Part shown: positions 27,301 through 36,986 of the stretch, piece after piece
Layout of the letters: each line of letters starts with the position of its first letter
Position numbering within the stretch: position 1 is the stretch's first letter
Origin: Malacoraja senta
Lineage: Eukaryota
Reading direction: 5' to 3'
DNA: 64,000 nucleotides
Assembly: GCA_038087875.1 (NCBI GenBank)
Contig: CM075992.1
Location: 6,822,001 to 6,886,000, forward strand
The notes under the pieces: model-generated
Database searches by the model: none
The model's input: the letters and a program-made list of their open reading frames with translations, nothing else
Told to the model about the DNA's origin: nothing
Made by a program: the position numbers and the translations under genes

Positions 27301-28829
27301 ATTACAAACCCCACCAACTCGAAGAGTAAGCCCTTGTGCAGCCAAGAATGCCAAGAATTTACATTCCTTTGGCATCACATTTTAGACGGGAAGGATGATG
27401 CAAAGGGGGTCTAAAAACAAATTAGTGGCGAGGCTTTGCAAAACTATTGAATAAATAAGTTAGAGCAAAGTACTTTGGATGTTGAAAATCTTACAATTTA
27501 ACATAAAATCTTGGAAATCGAGCAAGCACTCATGGCATTAAATCTTAAATAACAAGAGGCCATGCACCCCTTTCTAAACACCACACCCTCCCCGCTGCGC
27601 GTGGCCTGACCTACCCAATGGTAAATCTGAGGTGTTTATGCTGTGGATGTCTCCAGCTCTGTCCCTAGGTTCTCTCTCATATCTCCTGTGGCCATGAGAG
27701 TGTTTGTTTGTAAAGGCAAGCCTGAAATGCCTTTTTACGTGCCGCCAAAAGCAAACTTTGCCCCTTCATTCACACCAGATTTCGATTTCTACGCCCTTGA
27801 ACTAGTCCAAGCCTAACCAGTGTTGTAAACTTGCAGCATGAAAATTAAAATCCACCAACCAAATCAGTAAAACTTTGAATAACCTTTCCAAGTATTGAAC
27901 CCGTCTAACCATTCCTGTAAACAAAACTCACAAAGTACTGAAATACTGTAACTCAGCAAGTCAGGTAGCATCTGTGGGGAACGTGGATAGGTGACACAGA
28001 GAGCTTTTTTCACAGGGAGTTGTGAGTCTGCGGAATTCTCTGCCTCAGAGGGCGGTGGAGGCCGGTTCTCTGGATGCTTTCAAGAGAGAGCTAGATAGGG
28101 CTCTTGAAGATAGCGGAGTTAGGGGATATGGGAGAAAGCAGGAACTGATTGTGGATGATCAGCCATGATCACATTGAATGGCGGTGCTGGCTAGAAGGGC
28201 CGAATGACCTGCATCTATTGTCTATTGTGACGTTTCAGGTCGGGACACTTCTTCACACTCAGTCCATTGCAGGTGTCCGTTTTAGCAAGTCTTATCAGTA
28301 AGAGGAAGGTGGACAGACCCGTGTAGTTTTTAGCTGTCGAATAGCCCCGCCTGCAACCACATTCATCTGCGTCACACAACAAAAGCTGTGAGACCCCATC
28401 AGAATGCACTTCTCTATGTGGCTTAGACAATACATGCACCTGTAAGACTTCATTTTTCCTGTCAGCTGATGTGCTTAAAACTGGTCTTAGAACCTTGCCC
28501 AGTTTGACAGCAACCTCACAACACACTGTTGATTACTAGTCAGACAGATAAACAAGAGGGAAGGAAAGGGTGAAAAAAAATCCTTGGTTTAAGTCCAAGG
28601 TCCTTTAAGTAGGAAGGTCGGGAAATATCGTATGACTTGTGTAGTCACATAAACCACCAAGTACATAGCCTTGTGCATAAGAGATTATATATTGAAAGCC
28701 TATTGGATGAGCCCATATGGCCAGCTCCATTTAACCTTCCTCTTTGAACAGAGAGGAGGAGCCTCATTACACAGCAATCCTGTGAAAGTGAATGCAGGTC
28801 CTATCCTAGCCGTCCTGAAAGGTGGAAAA

Positions 28830-29262
28830 TACACCTTGGGAGAGCAAGAGCAGGCTCGCCGATCATTTTGCCCAACACCTCTGCTCAGTTCACACTAACC
28901 AACTTGATCTCCCGGTGGCTCAGCACTTCCCCTCCCATTCCGAATCTGACCTTTCTGTCCTGGACCTCCTCCAATGCCACAGTGAGGCCCAGCGCAAATT
29001 GGAGGAACAGCACCTCATATTTCGCTTGGGTAGTTTACACCACAGCGTTACGAACATTGACTTCTCTAATTTCAGATAGTCCTTGCTTTCTCCCTCCTTC
29101 CCCTCCCCTTCCCAGCTCTCCCGCAAGCCTACTGTCTCCGCCTCTTCCTTTCTTCCCCCCCGACATCAGTCTAATGAAGGCTCTCGACCCGAAATGTCAC
29201 CAATTCCTTCTCTCCATAAATGCTGCCTCTCCCGCTGAGTTCCTCCAGCATTTTTGTCTACC
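28830..29262 (+). mobile_element. Penelope-like element 3' fragment (GIY-YIG endonuclease remnant plus terminal repeat)
   Basis: ESKSRLADHFAQH...PVAQHF...RKLEEQHLIFRLGSL...NIDFSNFR* resembles the PLE endonuclease C-terminus. It is followed directly by the abundant short repeat. Confidence 0.8.
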
Positions 29263-29639
29263 TTGTGGATAGATGTCAGTTTGTGGAGGGAGAGTGAGGT
29301 GGGCTGGGGAACTGGCTGGGTGGGGTGGTGTGGACTGTGGATCTGTTGTTTAGTAATATTGATCCCTATCGCCTGTGACATGAGCCAGTGTTTTAACGAA
29401 TGTTCACCAACAAAAGGAACCGCACTTATACACCAGCTTTGGCTTTGATGTGGTACTAATTCAGATTCAGATTAGTTTATTGTCATATACACCAGATGCA
29501 ATAATAATTCCTTGAGACTCATAGAGAAGCCCGAATACATGTTAATGATACATAAAGTAATGATACAATAATCTGAAGTAGTGCAAAACATACTGGTGCA
29601 ATAATGTCATAAATGAATAAGGTACAGTCTGAAGTCCGA

Positions 29640-30262
29640 GAACACTGGTGCAATTATCAAGAAAGCACATCAGCGCCTCTACTTCCTGAGAAGATTACGG
29701 AGAGTCGGTTTGTCAAGGAGGACTCTCTCTAACTTCTACAGGTGCACAGTAGAGAGCATGCTGACCGGTTGCATCGTGGCTTTGTTCGGCAACTTGAGCG
29801 CCCTGGAGAGGAAAATACTACAAAAAGTAGTAAACACTGCCCAGTCCATCATCGGCTCTGACCTCCCTTCCATCGAGGGGATCTATCGCAGTAGCTGCCT
29901 CAAAAAGGCTGGCAGTATCATCAAGGACCCACACCATCCTGGCCACACACACATTTCCCTGCTACCTTCAGGTAGAAGGTGCCTGAAGACTGCAACGACC
30001 AGGTTCAGGAATAACTACTTCCCCACAGCCATCAGGCTATTAAACTTGGCTCGGACAAAACTCTGAACATTAATAGCCCATTATCTGTTATTTGCACTTT
30101 ATCAGTTTATTTATTCATGTGTGTATATATTTATATAATGGTATATGGACACACTGATGTGTTCTGTAGTCATGCCTACTATGTTCTGTTGTGCTGAAGC
30201 AAAGCAAGAATTTCATTGTCCTATCAGGGACACATGACAATAAACTCACTTGAACACTTGAA
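29640..30262 (+). mobile_element. Rex1/Babar-like LINE 3' fragment
   Basis: KKAHQRLYFLRRL...NFYRCTVESMLTGCI...IKDPHHPGH...FPTAIRLLN, followed by a (CTTGAA)n tail. Confidence 0.85.
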
Positions 30263-33200
30263 CTTGAAGAAGGGTCTCGACCCGAAACGTCACCTATTCA
30301 AGAGTCAAGTCAAGAGTCAAGAGAGTTTATTGTCATGTGTCCCAGATAGAACAATGAAATTCTTGCTTGCTGCAGCACAACAGGATATTGTAGTCATAAA
30401 TACAGATCGGATCAGTGTGTCCATATACCATAGAATATATCTATACACACATCAATAAACAGATGAAGTGCAATAGGCTGTTATATTATTTCGCTCCAAA
30501 GATGCTGCCGCACCCGCTGAGTTTCTCCAACATTTTTATCTACGTTTGATTTTCCAGCATCTGCAGTTCCTTCTTAAATAAAGGTACTATTAAAAGTAAG
30601 TAGGTGACAACACCCCGAAAGTGGTAATTGGTTTGGGAGCCTGATGGCAGGGTGAAGAAGCTGTTCGATTGTAATCATGTATTTGTCTTTCTGCTGACTG
30701 GATAGCACACAACAAAAGCTTTTCACTGTACCTCGGTACACGTGACTAGGTTAATGAGGTTCTTAACTACGAGTTTTCTCCAGGTGCTCCGGTTTCCTCT
30801 CATACTCCAAAGACGTGCAGGTTTGTTGGTTATATTGTAGATTGTCCCTAGTGTGTGAAGGATACCGTTAGTGTGCGGGAATTGATGGCCGGCGCAGACT
30901 CGATGGGTGGAAGGGTCTAATATCTCTAAACTAAACTAAATTAAACAAGTCTGGTCATCTGGACTTTGAAGTTTCTATATCTTCTCCCAGAAAGTAGGAG
31001 AGAAAAACAAAATTCTACATACTTAATGATATTACGAGCCTTCCTGATGCGACACATCATTGAGATTAACTGGATGGAAGGAAGTGACACGCTTGTGATG
31101 GTCTGGGCTGTGTTCACCACTCTCTGCAGGTTCAGGCATTTGAGTGCAAACACATGAGCACTCATCGTAATATTCAAGAGATTGCTTTGTTGCTGTTTTC
31201 AAGCATGCACGAATGCCTCACTAAAAGGAGAATGGATTTCTGTGTGGTTACTAAGTAATACGCCATCCTTTAACTGTTTGTTTCTTGTGTAGGTTTGCCA
31301 TGGAGACCTTCTCCCATATGTATTCAACCATTGGTGAGCTCCAGGAAAGAAGTAGTCCCCTCCTCAGTTTCAGCACTTGTTTACTTGACCATGACGCTGG
31401 GCGTGGTGAATCATCCCCGTGACAAAGCCTAGGAATAGTGGCGATCTCCCATCAGTTGACTTGACCTTCACTGAAGCACCAGGGGCGAGTGATGGGTATT
31501 TGGAATGAATTGGAAGCAATTACAGAATGCTCTCTCTTCTTATTTAGAAACATGAATTTGGAACAGGACCAGGCTATACAATTTAATGCATAATGTCTTA
31601 TCATATCTATTTTCCCACTCGATTCCCTTTGCTTCCAAAGAATCTATCCAACCTTGAGCGCACCCAGTGACTAGGTATCCACATCCCTCTCAGGATTCAA
31701 AAGATTTACAGCTCAAGGTATGAAGAAATTCCTCACCTTGTTCCTAAATGGCTGCTCCTTCTCTACAGACCATAACCCTCAATTTTTGGACAGTCTGCTG
31801 AGGAGAAACAGCCTCTTAGTACCCAGACAATTAACATCTTCTCTGTCGACTTGTAACATGTATGTTCCAGTTGGCTTGCCCCTCATTTGTGTGAGCTCCA
31901 GCGAGTGATCTTATCTCCTCAATCTCTGATCACAGGTGGAACAATCTCCTCACCCCGGGAATAGAGGTTGTAAACCTTGCATTTCGATTGCTAGATTCGT
32001 CTCCAAGATCAGTACATCAGTATGCCCTTCCTCAGGTACGGAGAACTGAATCCAGAATGGTGGCCTCGGCGCACAGAGGTGGAGGGGATGCTGCTGGAGG
32101 CAACGGATGGCAGGAGTCATGGTGTTGGTGGAGGGTGATCGCGGGAGGCCCTGCAGCAGCCGGGTGAGTGAGTGTATCGAGGAGCAGCCTGCAGCGGCTG
32201 CATGGAGCGGCAGTGGAAGGAGCCGGCGGCATCACCCTGGGCCAAGCCAAGCCCTACTTCATCAATCCAGTGCTGTCAAGGCATCGGGCCTCAAGGTGAG
32301 AATATAAGGAATTGTGTACCTCCTTGAGCCAAGATAAAACTTTTTTGAGAATTGAAAGTTATAAGGTGGTGCCGGAACGTGATTGATGTCTCTCTGTGTG
32401 ATGTCCCAGAAGGCGATCCATTGTACTCATCAGTTGACTGGATGGTATGCAGAACAAGCTTTCCACTGTATCTCAGTACATCTCTGTACACCTGAAGATA
32501 ATAAATTAAACTAAGCTGAACAAATGTACCATCCCAGCCCTGTACAATCCTAGCAAGACTTACTTCCACCACCCTTGCAGTAAAGAGAAACTCAGCGGAT
32601 GAAGCAGCATCTATGGAGCGAAGTAAAAGGTAACGTTTCGGGTCGAGACGTCACCTATTCTTTCGCTCCATAGATGCTACCTCACCTGCTGAGTTTCTCC
32701 AGCATTTTTGTCTACCTTCGATTTTTCCAACATCTGCAGTTCTTTCTTAAACCCTTGCAGTAAAGTGAGCTTTCAACTAACCCTCTAATTGCTCACGATA
32801 TTTGTCTGTTTATTTTCTATGTTTCCTCAGCAAGTAAACGCAGATGGTTCTGTACACAAGAGTTTAAAAGCTTCTCACCACATATAAAATATCTCGCCAT
32901 GGAAAGAGCCTCCCTGGGTTACTTTGCCCTTCTCACGCCAAGTGCCTCCGACCACACTCACCAAATGAAATAAGTTCCGGCCTCAATTTCTTAAAGTTAT
33001 TGAGTAGGAATCAGTCCTAAGAGGATGGATTTATTCTGTCAGCACAGAAAGAAGATTATCTGATGCTGATGGGAGTTTTACAAGGAGAGATGGTCTCATA
33101 TGTAAGACACTGAGAGGGGTTGACAGCATTGACAGGATTGATGACAAGATGCTACTGCCTCAATCTGTAGAATGTGGGAGCGTAATTGATTCAAGGATCA

Positions 33201-33613
33201 GCCACTTATACTGGTGATGAATTAGTTTCACACAGCGGACTGTGAATCTTTTCAATTCTCTGCCTCCACAGACTGTGGATGCTCCGTTGCAGACTATTTT
33301 CGAAGACTGAGATCACTTGAGTTTTAGATATTAAGGGACTCAACAGATCAGATAGAGAAGTGGTCTCAACGTCATGATCATCCATAGATATAAAAGGTGC
33401 ACTGGCTTCTGCTTCTGTCTCTTACTTGTGAAAAATATCCTTCAAAGAAAAGTAGGAAACACAATCTACCGATCTCTATCCGAGTGGGATTTTGCAACTA
33501 CAATTTGTATTTGTATTGTGCAATTAATTAAAAAATAATTGAACTATGTACTCTATGAAACTGGCAGTTTGACCAGTTAATGCTTCTCTTTCCTTTAAGT
33601 CAGAAACTCAAGA

Positions 33614-33900
33614 GCAGCACGGTGGCGCAGCGGAGGAGTTGCTGCCTTACAGCGCCAGACACCCGGGTTCAATCCTGACTACTGGTGCTGTCTGTACTTA
33701 GTTTGTACGTTCTCCTTGTGATCGCGTGGGTTTTCTCCAGGTTCTCCAGTTTCCTCCCACACTCCAAAAAAGTACAGTTTTCTAGGTAAATTGACTTGGG
33801 TAAAATTGTAATTTGTCCCTAGGATAGTGCTACTGTACGGGGTGATCGCTGGGCGGCACGGGGACCGTAGTGCCTGTTTCCACGCTGTATGTCTAAAGTC
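33614..33900 (+). mobile_element. tRNA-derived V-SINE (HE1-like)
   Basis: A box TGGCGCAGCGG, B box GGTTCAATCC, V-domain and tail. One of at least 15 copies in the window (e.g. near 6016, 8755, 12875, 18990, 23500, 26530, 47170, 49145, 56930, 58250, 61285, 62641). Confidence 0.85.
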
Positions 33901-34909
33901 GAATGTTATAAGATGAAGTCCTTTGCCAGAATTGATACACTGATCTGCAAGCTGTACACAGTGCTGTCAGAGCTGCCACTTGAAATGAAACATTAAACTA
34001 AACATCTGTTTGACTGTTCCAGTGGTTGAAGTCACACCATCACTCTGGCCAAACTGCAAATCCAGCTGTTTGTGGGATCTTACTGAGGCCAAAATAGCTA
34101 CGCTCCTGCCCACAAAAGAAACGTTCTATTTCAAAGTCCTTTCATTTAATTTGACCGGCTTTGAGATGTGATGAAGTGTTATTTCAGTGCTCTCTATTCT
34201 TTATAATCAGAGGCATTAGGCTGTGCTTGCACCGTCTCTTTTGTGGGTGAGATTGGCAAGTTCTCAGATAATCATCGTGACTTCTTCAAGCTGCTGCAGT
34301 TTCAACTTAAACCAAAAATGTCAGTCCAGCAATTAGCAAGGAGATTTCAGTATTTACTGTCCCCTTTCTTTTACCTTTCACCCTACTGCAGTATGTGGCA
34401 TATACACAGTGCGGGTTACTTAGAACATATGGAGCAGAGCAATGCAAGAATTGGTTTAATCTGGAATATTGGTCTAACAAAAGTAAGGGTGAATTAGTTC
34501 AAAACTAATTTAGAAATGCTGCAATATCTGCAGCAATGAGCACATTGATTTCAAAATTACCTTTAAACATTAAGAGCCTCTCCTCGTTCTATTTGAATAT
34601 CAGGCTGTTACTTCAGCAGATTAATTCTGCTCAATGTGCATCCCACGCATGATGACCAGTGAATGATATTAACTGTACAGCACAGGCTTTGGCCCTTCGG
34701 CCCATCAGGACAATGTTTGATGCCCACTGCTAAACGTCCTACAGCAGCCCTCCTCCTACCAACCACACTTCATAAACCTCTCTAAGTGAATCACGATGGA
34801 AAATTAATATAATAAACAAATTATTTCGAGCAAAGAGGAAATAGCAACACATTTTAACCAAATTTGGATTAAGGCCAGGCTGCAACATTTTTAAAGTTTC
34901 CTTTGTCTT

Positions 34910-35435
34910 TCATGTGATTGATGTTTTATGGGATTTTGTGTTTTTTTTGGTGTTTATGGGATTTAGGTATTTTTTGGTGTTTATGGGATTTAAGCTTTTC
35001 TTGGTGCTCAATGTGATTGAAGCTTTTTTTTAGTGGTATATGGGATGTGTTTTGGTGTGTTTTGTAGGATTTGAGCGTGATTTTTGGTGATATATGGGAT
35101 TTTTTTTTGTGTTTTTTAGTGATATAAGGGATTTGTTTTTTTGTGTTTTATGTCAATTGAAGCATTTTTGGTGATATATAGCATTTCTTGTTTTGAGGCA
35201 TTTTATGGGATTCATGCCTTTTGTTTGGTGATATATGGGATTTAAGCATTTTTTAGTGATATAAGGGATTTAAGTTTTTTTGTGTTTTATGTCAATTGAA
35301 GCATTTTTGGTGATATATAGCATTTCAGTTTTGGGGGTATTTTATGGGATTCATGCGTTTTGTTTGGAGATATGTGGGATTTAAGCGTTTTTTGGTGGAT
35401 GTTTTATCGGATTTGAGCGTGTTTGATGGTGATTT
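34910..35435. repeat. T/G-rich minisatellite (~26-28 bp unit) with a 137-bp higher-order duplication
   Basis: Recurring TTTTGGTG(A/T)TATATGGGATTTAAGC units. Blocks starting GATATAAGGG at 35121 and 35258 are near-identical. Confidence 0.85.
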
Positions 35436-35459
35436 CTTCTGAAGGAGATGATTGTGAGG

Positions 35460-35654
35460 AGCGCGGTGCCCGCAGCAGCAACAGCAGCCTGAGGCGGGGA
35501 CGCGCCCCGTGTGCGCGCGGTGGGCGGGACATGGACATTTAAATGTGGGCAGAGGGGGCGGGGCTAACGGATCACCCCACCGGCCGCGGGCGCCCGCCTG
35601 TCAAATACCCGGATGGGCGGGAGCCGGCTCCCATTCACAGTGCCGGCCGCCGAC
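35460..35654 (+). promoter_or_regulatory. LDLR: LDLR proximal promoter and 5' UTR (CpG-rich, several GC boxes)
   Basis: GGGCGG-type boxes at about 35491, 35522, 35554 and 35615 surround the SRE; Kozak-like GCCGCCGACATG. Confidence 0.85.
35571..35580 (+). promoter_or_regulatory. Sterol regulatory element SRE-1 (ATCACCCCAC)
   Basis: Exact match to the canonical LDLR SRE-1 decamer, ending 75 nt upstream of the ATG and flanked by Sp1-type boxes. Confidence 0.92.
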
Positions 35655-35715
35655 ATGACTAGACCACTGCTGTTGCCGCTCGCTGCTCTACTGCTGCTCA
35701 CAGCCGTGGCCGACG
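35655..35715 (+). CDS. LDLR: LDLR exon 1, signal peptide MTRPLLLPLAALLLLTAVAD
   Basis: Hydrophobic leader; donor G|gtgagt; phase 1 matches exon 2. Confidence 0.92.
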
Positions 35716-36382
35716 GTGAGTCAATATATATATATATACGTGTGTACACGCCGGGGAGAGGGATGCGAGGGGTCCCGGTGGAGGGCGGTCTGAGGGGATT
35801 TGTATGAGAGAGAGAGAGAGAGGGTTGTGTGAGGAGAGTTGAGATTTGAACGAAGAGAACTGAAAGGGGTTTAGCTGAGGGGAGTTTGAATGAAGGGAAT
35901 TTGTCTGAGGGGAGTTTGAATGAAGGAGGTTTGTGTGAGAGGGGGGAGCGCCTGCCTCAGGTGAGGTGAGGTGAAGCGAGGGGCGCGTCGAGCCCAGCGG
36001 CTGAGAGTGAGAGAGAGCTCGATGGACAGGCGTGAAGTAGGAAGGAACTGCGGATGCTGGTTTACACCGAAGATAAACACTAAAAGCTGGAGTAACTCAG
36101 CGGGACAGGCAGCGTCTCTTGGAGGGAAGGAATGGGCGACGTTTCGGGTCGAGACCCTTCTTCAGACCGGGTGGGTGATGAGGCTGAGGGTGAGAGAGCG
36201 TGTGGAAGTGGTTGCGGAGCCTGGGATGAAGGAGCCTCCTCCGCGACCCTTCATCCCGTCTGTCCCCTTCATCCCCTCATCCTACCGCAGCTGTCCACCG
36301 CTCCGGGGGTCTCGACCATCACTGGGACGCCGTGTGTGTGTGTGTGAGGGGAGGGGGGGGGCAGGTTCAAAAAGTCGCCTGA

Positions 36383-36486
36383 TGATTGGTCTCTCGATCT
36401 CCTGTTTTGCCCGGGACCAATCAGCGCGCCACTCTCGGGGGCCGGTCCCGCGGCCGCGCCTATGGGCGGTGGGGAGGGGCGGGGGT
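36383..36486. promoter_or_regulatory. Intron-1 module: inverted pair of CCAAT boxes plus GC boxes
   Basis: TGATTGGTC (36383-36391) and GACCAATCA (36415-36423), followed by GGGCGG/GGGGCGGGG in CpG-rich DNA. Confidence 0.6.
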
Positions 36487-36731
36487 CCGCGAGGAGGAGC
36501 CTGGGAGTTGTAGGCAGCCGGCGGTCTGAAGAAGGGCACAAAAAGCTGGGGTAACTCAGTGGGGGCAGGCAACATCTCTGGAGAGAAGGAGTGGGTGACG
36601 TTTCAGACTGGGTCTCGACCCGAAACGTCTCGAGCGATGCTGCCTGTCCCGCTGAGTTACTCCAGCTTTCAGTGTCTATCTTCTGTTTAATCTAGTTCCT
36701 TCCTACACGCTCCACCCGACCCTCCAGGCAT

Positions 36732-36986
36732 GTGTAGGAAGGAACTGCAGATGCTGGTTTAAACCGAAGATTGACTCAAAAAGCAGGAGGAACTCAGCAG
36801 GTGAGGCAGCGTCTCTGGAGAGAAGGAATGGGCGACCTTTTGGGTCGAGACCCTTCTTCAGACCAGTTGGTGGGGGGAGTCGTTACCCATTCCATCTCTC
36901 CAGAGATGCTGCCTGTCCCACTGAGTTACTCCAGCATGTTGTGTCTATCTTCGGTCTAAACCAGCATCTGCAGTTCCTTCCTACAC
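36732..36986. repeat. Palindromic Penelope-derived element (inverted pair of terminal repeats)
   Basis: Begins GTGTAGGAAGGAACTGCAGATGCTGGTTTA and ends with its reverse complement; arms ~100 bp. Similar palindromes lie near 19790, 24735, 25940, 32586, 36525 and 37041. Confidence 0.85.
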
